Notes: a model not told the origin generated them from the letters alone. DNA of 64,000 nucleotides from Glycera tridactyla (GCA_965644265.1 OZ286461.1:44702001-44766000), one strand, 5' to 3'. Shown: positions 38,301-53,253, numbered from the stretch's first letter. Made by a program: numbers and translations.

Positions 38301-41300
38301 ACTTAAGTGGTATGTCGGAATTCGATCATACCTCAAAGAAAGTTTTTGGAATTAAAAAATCGTTCTAACATATTTTGACCGTAGATATGAAATAGGATTT
38401 GGTCAGGGATTGATTGATGTTCAAACAATGACCCCTTGCAAACGATATTCATGGACATCAAGATGATTCCAGTGTGAAAATGTGACTTATAGGGTGGGTC
38501 TTATGACCGTTAGGAGTTGAGATATTTCTTCATAATGACTGGCAGTTGTCTTGGGGATGATGAGAGACTCAGTTAAAAGGGATTCCAATGGAAAGATGGA
38601 TAAACAAATCATCCTTACAAGCTTGCAATGTGAAGGGTCCTTATAGTTTTATGTTTTGTATGAATCTTCATTGACCTGTCCCCATTCTGGTTGTGATGGG
38701 GAAGGGGCTGCCTCATACTCCTGACATTGCCCTGGGCCATTATTAAGCATAAAATCGCTTGGAGGCGCTGTCATCCCTCCGAGTTGTACTCCATGTTTAT
38801 TTATACCTGGCCAGCATGTGTCCCGCGGGCACTGCATCTCCATGGGAGGAGGGAACGAAAACGCCTAAATACAATTAGTGATTGTTGTGTGCACTGGTGT
38901 AACACAGTCTAGCTGAGAAAATATGCCGCATAATACCACGGATTGTGTTTAAGACGAACACGTTTGTCACCGATATATTTGCGTTTCTGTTTAGATATTG
39001 AGCGAGATCGGCTACGAATCTGATGCCCATGTTGACTTGGCTCGGAAGCTTATTCTAAGCTGTCTCCCTGACAAGGTCCCACAGAACGTAGCCCATTCAT
39101 ATTTCGTCTGCGAGTGTCGAAACATTAAAAAATCAGCATGTCGTGAAGACAACTGTGTCTTTGTGCGAGAGATTAGGAAGTGCACTGGTTTAGATCTGAA
39201 TGAAACATATATCTATTACCCTGCGCACACTTCTCATAATTCCAACATCATGTCCACCCTTTCAACCACACATGAAAGAATTTCCCATTTTCATTTCATT
39301 TTACCACTTCAGTAAATCATGGTGGAATGAGCATATGATCTCCGCCTTCAATATATTTGTACGATACTTGCCAATATTTTTGAAACATACATTTTGGAAA
39401 GATCTCATGGCGATTTTTTCCTCCTGGCCTAATATCGGGGGATGTCTTCCCACAAGTTGGAAGTTCTCGAGGCTGTTTAATGACTCCAAGGTGTACTCCA
39501 GAATTGAGTAGGCCCTTGGAGTTGTTATAGTTTTCTCAGAACATTGGAGCAATTTCAAGCACCCACTTCAGTTTTGGGTGCTTTTCTACATTGATGAAAC
39601 ACACCCTGACTAGCTCTTCAGAAGGCCTGAGGTCATTTTAGTGATGTTGCTGGCCTTTTGGCTCCTGGCTTTCTTCATTCTCTGTACAATATTCTATTGA
39701 AAATGATTATGCTTGTTTCATCTTATTAAATGAATGCTAAGAAATTTCATCTAATGTGGTATTTTGGTATGGACAGGCATAGAGTATGTAGGGAGTTAAT
39801 TTTGGTCAGTTTATGCATGCTGCATTCCTCTGGAAGTTCTGTAAAGCCTTGTCTATTGTTCATTTACTTGTCCAGGCAAGATTTTGTTAAAAAAGGATTG
39901 TGAGTATGTATGTGTCTTAAATCTCAGGGAATGAAGGAGGGAGGTTTTTGTGGAATGAAAGTTTTATCTCTGTCAAGATAATCCTCCTGCTACAGAACAG
40001 TGTCAGTTTTGTGTTGACCAAGATGGTAGGATTATAGTGAGACATGGGGGGGGGGGGAAGGAGATGATGTCCCTTTCCTTCTTCTACCAACCCTGACTGT
40101 CGCCCACTGTTGTCCAAAAGAGAACAGGAATGATCATCAACTTTCCTCCGGATTTGTTGATTGATGCTCACCAAAATATATGATTCAGATTAAAACCAAG
40201 AAACGTTGTTTTTTTTTTCATGTCAAAGACATATTCATGATACATGATTGACATAGGCATCATGAAGATTCTTGCATTCTCTTCTTCCACAAATTCCAAC
40301 CATTATGAATTTGGACCGATGATAACCATTTCTGTAATGGAATTTTCATATTTTATGTGCAGTATCATTTGAAGAAATGTCTTACATTTTGATTGTTGTG
40401 ATCAATAGCTCATGTGGCTGACATGTAGGAGCTGTAGTCGATTGAATTTTGGATGAGCTCACTCCCCATTGAAATCCAATAGGGGTATTGAAACCATTTT
40501 GAAATGTACGGTACATAGCTTCTCTACTTGAGCAGACTCAGCACTAGCCTTTAGCCAATCAGGATTAGGCTAGATATTCTGTCGAACAGGTCTGCCCACA
40601 GTTTGCCAAATTGGCAAAACCAAATTTGGCTAGAAATGTTAATCTTGGATGTTCACTTATGTCTGCTTTTAACCATTAGCCTTCAGAAGTCTTGTGTTTC
40701 CTGCATGATTCCTAAGTACTTAATTGGTACAAATTCTTTCATATTGATTTATACAAATTGAAGAGCAAAAAATTAGTAGAATTTTCATCAATTTGAAGTA
40801 CATGTATATGAAAGTATTATTTATATATGAAATATGACAGAGGTAGCTCATGGCATGTCAAAGGGTGTTTTGTACTAGTGCTAGTAGAGTTGGTGGGAGA
40901 ATGTGGAGGTGAAATGGTTAGGGTGTGGCAGCTGGCCAGGTTCTCTTCCTTTGATCTCCATCACCTAGGCGCTCAGGTGCACTGATGATGCTTTAGCCGA
41001 TGCTGAAACGAGACATCCTCATCCTCATCCAACTCATCAAGTGCGCCTCTAATTCCATTCCAATATTTTTGTTAATTTTAATTTAAACTGCTAGTTTTCA
41101 TGTTAAGCGAAAGTGTGATTCTTCCAAACACACCCATTAATGCCCAGCGGTTGGCTTATCGGATCTATACAATTGTATAATACCGTGTCAAAATCAGAGT
41201 GAGAATGAATCCCAAGCAATTCACAAAAGATTTTATGTCCATATTATCTTACCAGCCATTTACTAAATTGATACAAAAGCAGCAATGTTATAAATTCAAA

Positions 41301-41815
41301 ATTCAGATGTGAAATTTAAAAAGGTGTTAGAATGTGTTGGCATTAGCCCATTTGATGGTGGGATTCACCATCTATGCCATGGTTATTAACATACCATTAG
41401 CATGTATTTAACGAGTTTTTATATCGAAATCAATAATTTTCTGATTGTTTCTCATTATTAGAAATTAGATTTGAAGGTGACTACTCAGCAGTGTCAGAGC
41501 GCTTGTGAATTGTAATTCATTTCTATGCAGGCAATAAGTGGACCTGAGACAGGAGGGTATTACTTCTGTGATGAATATGTGTAGTTCATTTTGGCCTCTT
41601 TTTTTCTCATAGGTCGTGAATTTTCCTCATTGAATATTTCTTTCTACATCTAACTTGTTTGTGATATCAGGAGACAATCAGACCAGAAGTATGAATGTTT
41701 CTAGTATACTTGTTGATTTATTTCAGGCTTCACATTTCATTTAAGTATACCTGTGATTAAATTTTGTATGTAACCGACTAATTCTTGGTATCTTTCTTGT
41801 ATTTGTTGATCACAG

Positions 41816-41906
41816 GTTTACCACGCCCACACATGTATGCCCTTCCCCCTCACCCGGGCCAGTTCCCACATCACTTGTACAGTCCAGAATTTACACAAAT
41901 GCAATG
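41816..41906 (+). CDS. TCF: TCF/LEF exon ((G)LPRPHMYALPPHPGQFPHHLYSPEFTQMQ(W))
   Basis: Acceptor tttgttgatcacag, donor TG|GTAAGT; 91 nt, phase 1 in, phase 2 out. Joins both neighbouring exons in frame and matches the vertebrate IPRP...GW exon. Too short for the ORF track. Confidence 0.93.
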
Positions 41907-43213
41907 GTAAGTGGCCACTAATTTTTTATCCTCTATTTTCCCTACACTCTTGACTAACTGAGGTGTTGCATCTGCTGTGTGGCTTCTCTGGATTTGAATT
42001 TTGAATTCCCCCTACAGCTATGATTTATATTCGTCCATCGGCTTTCCCAACTGTTCGCAAACATTTCGGTACTTTTCTCTAGTATTGGTGGTCTGACTGA
42101 TGCCGATTGTTTGGTTTGTCACCCACCATCTTGGTTCCAATCCCTATCTCATTCTGATTCACATTTTGGGAAATTTGGTTCATTGACTGCTTGAATTACT
42201 GGTTTTTCACTTATGAACGAGCATATGATCTTGTAACTTAGCTAAACATTCCTATCTGGTTGAAAATGGAGATTAAATTTACTCTGGATTGGGAATTCCC
42301 TTAAGTCACTCTCCTTAACTTCCGGTAAATTTGGAGAACAAGATTCATAAATGATTGAATCAATATGATGATGATGACAATCTTATATCAATGGTAATCA
42401 AATGAATATAATTATGATATATGGCACATGTATTGATAAATCTGTAAATATGTCAGCTCGAAATGAATATCGCCCGTCCAAACATGATGCTGCCACTATG
42501 CTGCAGTGGTAGTGTTAACCGAAGTGATGGCACCCATTTCAGTACAAATTTGTCAAATTGAAAAATATTGCATATTGCATTGGAGCCCTTTTGTTTCAAG
42601 TTTTTCACGCATATATTTCTTGCTGAAGTCCTGGAGTCATTATCTGAGGGATAACTGATAACTTTCTTGTGTGGAAGCTACCATCATTCACCTCCAGGTG
42701 GCCTGGAATACACGTTGAGTGGTGCATTATGGGAAGCTGGGATTGTGCGGCCAGCTGCATCTTCAAGTGACCGATTGAGACAAGTTGCGGCCAGATTTTA
42801 ACGTAAAAATGTGCCCGGCTCTGCTGGCATGCCACATCAGACGATCTTGGCCTTTGATTAAACATTCGATAAATTAAGGCTTAAAAGATGTGCACTTAAA
42901 ACTGGCTAATGGACAGTGGACGGCGAACTCGTGAGTGGCCGCCAAATACCCAAAGGCCGGACGGACGGATGCTTGAGAAAGATGACAGCAAAGTCGTAGG
43001 CAGAGTTCCTACAGTCCTCTCACAGCAGAAGCAACATAGCAGTCAGTCGATAATCTTTGAAGTGTTCTTTGTCGTTATGCCTGGTTTAGGTCACAAGCAA
43101 TATTTTGACATTCACTACTCGTTGGTTTTAGTATAGAAGTGATGTTATCCCCGGTCAGCCATTCTCCTCATGGAATGAAATAATAGACTGCATTTATTTG
43201 AAGTAGTTTTATC

Positions 43214-43363
43214 TACAGTGAAACTTGTGATAAGAGAACTGTATCACTTTCTGTAGGCACTTATCTCTTGATCAACTCTGATATACCTCTGATGAGAAAT
43301 CTCCTCTAAAAGGACTATTTTTGATAACATTCAGAGCAGTCTCTTATCGCAGGATTCATTGTA
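43214..43363. mobile_element. Degenerate TA-flanked MITE
   Basis: TACAGTGAAACTTGTGATAAGAGA ... TCTCTTATCGCAGGATTCATTGTA imperfect TIRs resembling the 3184 family. Confidence 0.7.
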
Positions 43364-43487
43364 TTTCGAATGTATATTGCGATGGTGGCAATCAAAGGAC
43401 AGAATTACCTGAATCTTGGTCATATTTCCAAGCTATAATTACAAGTGTTGAAATCATATCCAGATGCTGTTATTTGAACTCTGATTG

Positions 43488-43623
43488 GATTGAGGTATTT
43501 TGGAAAATATTGTAATATATTGGTGTTTTTTCATAACTTTTAGCTGGATGTCAGACTTCAGATTAAGGTATTTCTGAAATATTGTGACATATCGGTGTTT
43601 TTTTCATAACTTCTAGCAGGATG
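43488..43623. repeat. About 73-bp period diverged tandem duplication
   Basis: GATT(G/A)AGGTATTT...AAATATTGT...GGTGTTTTTTCATAACTT.TAGC.GGATG occurs twice. Confidence 0.8.
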
Positions 43624-45422
43624 ATTAGCCCAATCATGGCTTATCATCTGATCCTCTGCGGTTAAACCTCAACCAAACCAAACTAAACCAAACCTCTGCT
43701 ATATTGGCCAAATTGCCAACTTAATTCTCTCATCTCCGACCTTTTTTTTTTTACTTATCTGCTATGTTTGAGTTCACTTGAGTAATAAATACTAATGATT
43801 GATTGGAAAATCTCACTCCACCCAAACCGAATGTCAGTTTCCTGCTATAAGCAAAACACGTAGCCCATGTGAAAACAAGTGATGCACAGTGGAAGCAGGC
43901 AGGGCATCGATTTGTGCCTGTCACTTTGATGTACATGTCATTCAGGCTAGGCAGCCTTCCCGGTTCAATCTAGTGGAAACCTAGCAGAGTGGAGAGGGAG
44001 AGAAGGAGATGGAGAGATCAGAGGAACTAAGTGGTGTTGGGGCCACTACATGTTCAGTCCCACCTGCTGTGCCTCTCCGGAGGACACCTCTGTTTGATGT
44101 GGCATGGACCCATATGTGCCCATTTTTATTCTGGAGGTAGTATAATATGGATGAAAGTGACAGGGGTGTGTGGAAGAGTTAGCGAGAGTTGCCCGCAGTT
44201 TAATATGTATGTCTGTATGGAGTGTGACACCTCGGCTGCCTGAAGTTTTGCATGTTTCAAAAGGAGAGAGTTTGGGTAAGTTCGGTGATCAAACCGAGTA
44301 TGAGAGGATCAAATCATGTGGCATCCATCAGATATAGTGGGAGTTCACTACTGATTCCCCAGGCATATTGGCTCCTAACCTTTATTTAAATAATTTCATG
44401 ACCAGCTTAAGCATTGTACAACGATCAGATGATCCTTTAGAACATCCATTCAAACCTCGTAAATTGCATACTTGGCGTGAATGTGGAAAATCAGAACAGT
44501 GTGGAAAGTCAACAAAAACTTGAAAACAAAGTCACTCTACTGGAGTGACTGCTGTTGAAACCGGTTGATTCGTCGGTGAGATTTCAGCTGTGTAATGAAA
44601 CTCCCAATTCTTTGGAAAATCTCACAATATTCTGAGACATTTTATTTCTCATTATTGACCTGATGGCGGTGAAAGTGGCCCATGGTGACTGTGGCACAAG
44701 TCGCCATGGTAGTGAAATACAACCATAGTTGGAATATGCCACCTATCATTTCATACCATGCACGACAGGAAGGTTCTTTTATCATTGCGATTACGATTGG
44801 CGTGTGATATTTGCGCAAGCGCACACTCGGGTACTTTGATGATTGTTGATGCAAGAATCCCACAGCCAAATAGTGTAATGCTGTGCAAATATTTAGCGAT
44901 GAGATGCAAGAAGGAAGGCAATAGTGTGGAGATACTCATGCAAATGTAGTCACAGCCACCCACAATGAAGTTGGCGACTTGTTGCGAGGGTCATTCTTCT
45001 TTCATGAACCCGGTCTCCTCCTCTCTGGTTATTGTTGTCCATTCAAACTTGCCTGCTTTGATGATAATTATGGTACATTCTGAGTGTTGCAAGTATACAC
45101 CGAACCTCTGCATCAACAGTAGAAAGACATCATCAGTTCACTGGCAGCCAGTAGTGGCCTTTGCTCATTGATGGATATGGTAGAAGAAACTTTTGAATTC
45201 AAATTGTCGCAAAAGTTTGGCTGGACAAGAAGTCCATCTTCTTTCTATATGAAGATGCCAGTTCCAGTTTGGTTGTAATTTTGAAGAATAGGGAGACGTA
45301 AGACACATAGAAGAGGAAAGTTCGGAGAACATCTTGTGTGTGTCTGTCTGTGTGTGGGTGCCACGAATGCATTACCCATGAATGTGCATGTATGTGCGCA
45401 CTCACACACACACGCATGGTCA

Positions 45423-45424
<2 letters not shown>

Positions 45425-45472
<48 letters not shown>
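45425..45472. repeat. (CA)n microsatellite
   Basis: Direct reading. Confidence 0.98.
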
Positions 45473-45474
<2 letters not shown>

Positions 45475-47808
45475 CACACAAGAGTTGTGTGTATGGATGC
45501 ATGTGAATACACATTTCAGGCATAGTGAACAGGAGCAAGAAACAAAGAGGAAGGAAGAATGCTCCATCACCTGCATCTTTCATCTTCTGGTTGTCATGAC
45601 ACCATCAGCAATTATCATCAGGAAATAGAGCTGGCACCTCCTGCCCCACCAAACGCCATGGCGGAGGAGACGGTAGCTAGGATATGACATCCCGCTAAAC
45701 CTGCTCTCCGCATAACTTTGTGACTAAAGAAAGAATGCATGCAGAGTTACAGTTGCTGTTGTCATCTCTGAAATCATGATTTATTGCCTTGCCAGAAGGT
45801 GGCATTTGATACAGTAGTGATGAGAATGCCCATTGTTCCCGCAATTTTAATTACCCTGGCAGTTGTCCCGGATTACTGGGGATCACTCCAGTACATTGAT
45901 CCAGTCTAACTGACCACCTTTTGTAATCTCAATCTCAGGCAGCAAGATTGAAGTTTTCAGTGTTCATTAAAGTATTTTTTACCAATACAGAGGCTCAAGA
46001 TACGGCATGAAAACACAATGGTCCTGTATCAACCCATTTTGTGCATTGTCCTCTGGTCAGATTTTCCCTTTAGTGCCCAGAGGTCTGAATGGATAACAAG
46101 ACGGACTCCAGATCCAGTTTGCGTTACTTTTTGTTTTTACAAGGACAATTGATCTGACTGTCGTTGGTTTTGTTTTGGGGTACCTCGGACATCCTCTTTT
46201 GTCAGCTGTATGGTTTCTTTCTCTAATTTTCTGCTGACAATGGCGGATATCACATACTTTATTTCATGGCTTGTAAAGACAGTGATGTGGGGAACGCATC
46301 ATTCGGGAAAACCAAAATTATTTTAGGTTTTGTCCAAGGAACTTCATCCCTAGATTCAGTCAACTCCAACCAAATGCCCTGTTCTAGAATTTCATCATCG
46401 TCATCGTCGCCAATCATCATTATAAAAAAAAGCAACTCTCCGTTGTTATCATCACAGTTGTCCTCATCATTTGTCTACTGATATGGCCAAATGTAATTGG
46501 TTGATTGGTGGCAATATCATTGCAGGTTGTGAATTTTCCATCTGAATTGAATATGAAGTCAGTTGCCAGTATCAGGGAGTGAATGACATCATCATCATCA
46601 TCATCACCACCATCATCATCACCTGATGGAGGGCTTGGCCAATATTGACACCAGCCAATTAGAATCAATTAGACAACCCCCATACAACCCAAAACAAACA
46701 AGCCAATCAGGCGGCAGCTTTCATGCACCTACTCCAACAGCCTCACATAGTGTAGAGACCAAACACTATCAGTGCCAAACTAACGCAATGTTGTGAAAAC
46801 ACGCGTGTATACATGCAGCGGCAAGTGCCAGCAATCAACACAGGCAAACGCCCTGCTGATATGTATCAAACAGAGGCCTACACGTCAATATTCGGCTGGG
46901 ATCAAACAGTCGGCAGGTGTGATTGACCCACCCCCCCCCCCCCCCCTCCCCCCAACCCCAGCATGTTGGGATCTTCGAGCACCCTAATATCACACATGCA
47001 CAAGAATATTAATGTAGAAAATTCAGTTCCCGGTCATAGAATCACAATCTTCAAGCATAAGCCCTCTCAGTGTTTTATAATCCATGAACGATGTAGATTT
47101 CCCCCTTTTATTTTTCATTTTGATTAACAGGTGGAATACCGAAAATATTATTTTGATGTCCATATATTGACCAACCCCTGATGAGAGACCATCTGAACTG
47201 GAACCCCACTTTGGGATAGTAGAATCTCTGATGGGTTACAGTCATTTCACACAGTGATGACTGATCTGCACCTATCACCACCCAGTTTTTGTTCTCCCAT
47301 TCACAGGTTTGATGATTTTCTTGTGCCATCTTTGCAAAAAAACGTGACTGAAATCAGCTTTTTCATACCAGTTGTTTTTCATTCCTCAAGGGAGACAGGT
47401 TTTTATGTCCACAAATCTCGAGTGTGGTTGTTAACGATTCCATCAGTCAGGGCCTATTCATGATTCTCCATTTTGAGAGTCATCTCAGTGGACAATGTGC
47501 GAGCTGTCTAATATTGGCCATCTCAATTGCTCGCAGCAGCGGGTAAATTTGTTCTGATGAGTTTGACCTATCCGAGAAGTGGGTTCCCTGATGGTTGCAG
47601 CTTTCACCCTCGCAGGAATGTATTCTGCCCTCTTTATGCATATGCACGTGGACAAATTTGTCTTCTTCACTCCATTATTGGGCAGTAGTGCCATGATGTG
47701 GTTTGCTAAATTGATTGACCATATTTTCCATGATTGACTGGTGCACTTAGTAGGACATTAATGGGGTGTGGATGACTTACAAAATCTGCTCGCGCTCTCT
47801 CCTTCTCT

Positions 47809-47977
47809 NNNNNNNNNNNNNNNNNNNNNNNNNNNNNNNNNNNNNNNNNNNNNNNNNNNNNNNNNNNNNNNNNNNNNNNNNNNNNNNNNNNNNNNNNNNN
47901 NNNNNNNNNNNNNNNNNNNNNNNNNNNNNNNNNNNNNNNNNNNNNNNNNNNNNNNNNNNNNNNNNNNNNNNNNNNNN
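47809..47977. other. Assembly gap (169 N) in a CT-rich tract
   Basis: Run of N. Confidence 0.99.
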
Positions 47978-48032
47978 CCTCTCTTCTCTCTCCCCTCTCT
48001 CCCCTCCCGCGCGCTCTCTCTCTCTCACGTGT

Positions 48033-48033
<1 letters not shown>

Positions 48034-48114
<81 letters not shown>
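48034..48114. repeat. (CA)n microsatellite next to a (CT)-rich tract
   Basis: Direct reading. Confidence 0.98.
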
Positions 48115-48116
<2 letters not shown>

Positions 48117-51100
48117 AGGGTTCACCCCATGTAATTATGATGATGTATCTGGTGGGAATTTTTCAATTGGTGACCCACGTCTAATTCACTGGATGTACTT
48201 TCTTCACACCATGGTGAAAATACATACCCTTTGGATTAAATTCTCCTCTTACCAGTGGGCAATGGCTTGGATTGGATCCCACCTGCTACTTGCTCATCAT
48301 ATTGCATCAGTTTTGGGGCCTGGGGTAGTAAACATTGGGGGTGTATTGGAGCATATGTTGTAGTGTGGTGTTGTTTTATCAGACCTGCTATCAGGAAGCA
48401 GTTTCATGCTCACTGCCATCCAATCTTAATACCAAATGTACATCAATTCCATTGCTACCTTGTTAACCTATCTCTCCATCTAGTTATCCCCATGCCATCC
48501 TCATGTACAGCTGGCAAAGCTGGGGAACTTACATGCTACATATTCTGGTGTATGATGCACATCCTGACAAAATCATTTGCTGTGAATATATATCACATTT
48601 TTGCTGGTATCAGCAACATGCGATGCATTTGACTTAGCTCAAATATCTTTATTCCTTAGCACATAGGTGCAAAACGATCTATGGCCTGATTTATTGGTAA
48701 TATTTACTGTGTATATGGGCTATATGTCAAAGTCGAGGGAATTTTTTTTTTCAATTTCCCTAATCAAAAACAGCCTAAATATGATTGCCACTTCATCGTT
48801 CATGCATGGTGATGAATGGGTTTTTCCATGGGCTCCCAGAAGAATGTTGAATTGCCAAGATTTTTTTCTGTTTAATCTTGACAAAAGGTTAGTAATTCAT
48901 GTTTAAATTGCAATAATGTGATGAAGAAGCATGTTTTTGAAATGGATGAATAGGATAACTGTATTTTTTTTAAGTTGTCTGAGATGAGACCGGCCTCTAA
49001 CTTTACCTCTCTATTATGTGGCGTAATTGGAAATTGAAATGTGGATTTCTTATGTGGAGTTTCGACAGACATTTGAATAAAATGCACTGTGAAAAAATTC
49101 TGTGCTCAGCTGCGGCAGCTGGTGTGATTTCATTCAGGTATGCTCAGTGGGTAGAGCTTGATGAGTGATTTGATTACGAAAAACCATTTTCTTCACTTTT
49201 TTCCCGCTACAGCATTTTCTTTCTTTTGGTCCAAGGCTGTTCACCTTGCCCCTTCCCCTCCGTTCTTGCCATCCCAACAATGTTTACTTATTGGTGACAA
49301 TTATGTCTCGGCAACATGAACCGTATAATTGTAACAGTAACAATTTGTTAGATATTGAGTTCTCATGTTAGATTGACATCATCTACTATGTAGTTTCATC
49401 AACACGCTACTGTGTATTAAGAGGGAACATTCTTGGTATATTCTCCATATTTTGTTGTATTTTCCTAACTGGTGTAGCTCAAAATAGGACCACACAGTTG
49501 TCTCCAGTCTCTGCTCCACTGAATGAAATAAAGACAGGAAATGCCTTTTGAGCTGATATCATGGAGGCAGTGGAGTTAATGGGAGGTCAGTGGTGTTGTC
49601 AGAAGGTTAGGCACACACTTGCTATATACCGCTTACTCCAGAGCTACATAAGGTGGGCCAGGTGCCGGACTACTAGAGACCCCCTCTGGTTGTATCGCAA
49701 ATCAGTTTAGATCTGCTCCGTTATTTGTGGGTGCAGAGACGGTGAAATCCCTGTGACCCCTCTGGTTCATTATTTGATTGTGTTCTGTAAAAGCTTTAGC
49801 CCCCCCCCCCCCCCCCACCCCCAACATGAGTAATTTCTTGCTGTTCATGATCTGTTATCAGTGATGCAGTCTTTCTCTAAATTCTCAGAATTTCCAAAAG
49901 TTGGATGTACAATTGATATTCAGAAGTTGCTTCATTCAATCTGACTAAAAACCCTGTGTCATTGACTGCTCTGCATTTGTTGTTGAAAAATTTATTTTGA
50001 ATTCACTTTTGAGAGAGTTCTGCATTCTCTCCAAAGGTTGTGAATGGGCGCAGTAGCCACTGGGAGGAAAATATCCGGGAGACTAAGAAGGGTCAGTCAT
50101 GAATTCCTTGTTGATAACTTGGTTGGTCGAAAATGAGATGAAACTTTTGGTGGGCACATGTTATCGGCTTCCCCGGAGTGAGGAGAAAGTAGGGGTACCT
50201 CCCGTGGCTGCTTGACAGACTGACTTGTATCTTGCTGTCTATATATTAGCCTGCTCATAAATTAACTTGGTACTTGATCTGCAAGCAGTACAGCTACTTT
50301 TCCACACTGTTTTGGGCTACTAAATTGTCATATTTCCAACAACTATAGAAGCCCAAAATTCTGGTTGGCCAGAAATAATTTCCACTATCCAGTCAATACC
50401 CAATATCCAGCCTGAACTTTGTGAAAATTGTTCTTGAAATTGCTGTTTCAAGTTCATAATCATACTTTTATATTCTATAGCCAATATTCATGAGTTAAGT
50501 CCCACTGTTTTGTTTTTCTTTCCATTTCCATGTTGATGGATGAGAAACTGTTGGGTTTCTTCCTTATGTCCTGGAGATGTGGGGTGAAGCAAAAGACATG
50601 AAACCCAAATTCAACTTACCAAAGAATTTTTTGCATCTCATTCTTTCAGGATTCTTGCCCAGTGTGTTCTGATGAGACATTTGATTAAGAATTGACTAAA
50701 TAAAATAAGACATGATGTTATTGCAATTATTAGCTAGATCATCTCTGGGCAATTTCCGGTTGATTTTATGTTAGAAATATAGTTAGCTGTATGAGTGTTT
50801 GATGGCTCATCAGAGAGTAGTGTTTGTGGTGGTGTAACTTGATGTATCTAGTTCATTGGATACGTGATCTGCAGGACACGACTCTGCGGTGGCCATCAAC
50901 GGAACTGATCGAACCATTTTAGTCGAGATGTCCTACCAGTAACCACAAACAATATAGATCCGGGCAATATAGAGAAATCCTGGAAGCACCCTAACACATC
51001 ATGCCTATATGCCTAATTGTATTTAGTTTCCTCCACAGCCACCAGAGTATCAGCTAATGAAGGGCCTTCTGCATTACTCCAAACTGAATAGGATGCAGAA

Positions 51101-53253
51101 GTAACTAATTTGTATTTTAAATTAAAAAGACAGAGAATATCCATGGAGAATCTTATTTCTCCACATTTTTCTGTCATTGTACAAAATCCTACATGTTTAG
51201 TTAATATGTATTGATTACATTTTATCTTTCCAGAAATCAGATGAAGTGTTTGGTAATTTTTGGTGCCCAATTTAAGCACTTGAATGTCAGTCAGATGTCT
51301 GGAGTTTATTGTAGATGACGAGATTGATGGAATTTATTGGAGGTTGGATTTTACCGTGTTCATTCCAAGGATAGGGCTACTGCTGTAGCTCCAATTCAGG
51401 ATTGACCGTTGATGAAACTGACCTCCACCGCTTAATTCTTCCACTTCACAATAATTTTTCACTTTACTGATCACTTTATGATTCAAAATGGCTTTTGCCT
51501 GGGAGATGAGTTATGGGATAGATTTGGTGGATGGGCGGGGAAAGTATTCCCGTGGCATTCGAAGCAGGGTATGGTCTTGTGTGTTTTGGAGGCGGGTGGG
51601 TAAAGGAAGCCACGTTGTTCATTATTACAGGTGTGGCAGTTTGCACTGATACCCATGTACCATGCCTATCACATCTCCGCTGACACAGGTGCCCCCACTC
51701 CCACCTCCACCCCCTTCTTCTGCCAGCATTTCACTCCTCCTCTCCGCATAACTCCCAGGTTTAGTTAGCGCCTATTGTTCCTCTAATATCCACCAAGTTA
51801 TTCGACTGAACACAGATCGGGTACCCGTTCACCCGAGTCTAAGATTATCCCGGACAACAACTCACTGTTTTACTTACCCACAGATAATCCCAATGGCTAG
51901 TATCTAAACACAAAAAACTGGCTTAGCGAGAACCCTAATGAAATTTCATGCTGGCATTCATTCACTGTATTTAGTCGGAAATTCATAACATTGCTTGGAA
52001 ATCCAGTATGTCTGGAAGCAGGCAATTATGATCCCCATAAAAATGCTACCTGGAACAGGTTATCATATAATACAACTAGAATTTATTAAAATCACCATTC
52101 CTTGGTCATTAAAATTCGAGGAAGCAGGTGTGTCAAAAACTTGTGTGTTTCTTCGCACCTAAACACACCAAAGGTTGGCAATCCTGAAATTGATCAGATC
52201 AATCAAAGTTGTTGAAACCATCATTTTCCTGATATATCTGTAATGAGTTGACATCTTTCTTTTTGGTGCTTGTGTTCAGGGTTCTGACATTTCTGCAGTT
52301 CCCACCACTCAGGAAAGTATCTTGGATATATTTATTGGCGTGGTAAACGAGGATTAATGTACCTTTTCCCATTGATGGGGAGGTAGACGATCCGCTGTTT
52401 GAACTTTATCCTTCTCGTTGGTTGGTGTTTTGCACCAGATATTGCTGATGTTGGAGGGTAAAGAAGGGCCCCCTGGGGGAGCGGTGAGGGGTAGGCTGAC
52501 AGGCTAGGAATTACCTCACCTCTAACGGGCCCAGCACCGCCTGCTGTGTGAGGCCTGACAGTCTGCTATGCAGCTATGCAGTATAGCACGGGTCCTGGAC
52601 TCCCGCTGGGCACACCTTCTCGCAGCCCCTATCATAAATTCACTCATATCTCCCACTTTCATTGGCTTCTCAGCTATGCTGCATGCAGGCTATTAGAAAA
52701 ACATTGTTAGATAGTTGCGATGCTTGGTGCCCCGATGCTTGGTGGCCCAATGTAGGTTTCTGGGTTTCGTAATAAATTACCTATGGTCATAGCTGCAACA
52801 AGACTGACTCATAGTAGCAGCATCTCAGTGTGAAGATTCTCGTTTAGTCAGATTGGAGTTATCAGCCCCCCCCCCCCCACACACACACACACATACATAC
52901 ACTCACACACCTAAGCCCTTTGACACTTACTAACTAGAAGTGCAGATATAATTCTCATATCTGACAGCAGGTATCAAAAATCTAGAGGTGAAATGTGGTA
53001 AACTGGATTGCACCTGAGAGGTCAAGCTGAGTTATCACCCAGACTTCAATCTGCTCATGCTAACTCTTAATGGATGTCACATTGGGGCCAACATCCGACC
53101 CTAACCATGTTTTAAAGTTGTAGGAAGTGCATGGTGCTTCGCTGATGTTGAAATCAGAAATTCAATCCTAAAATCATTTCATATTTGAAACAGCAGGGAG
53201 GGGGGAAAAGTACAATCTCTATTCTTGAGATTTCTGAGGATTTCTGTACATAG

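Noticed and set aside
47706-48363. ORFs of 110-139 aa around the gap, and similar ORFs at 35172-35484 and 45199-45628
   Set aside because: Artefacts of microsatellites and N runs.
49141-49160. GCTCAGTGGGTAGAGC as a tRNA/SINE A-box
   Set aside because: No B-box or cloverleaf downstream.
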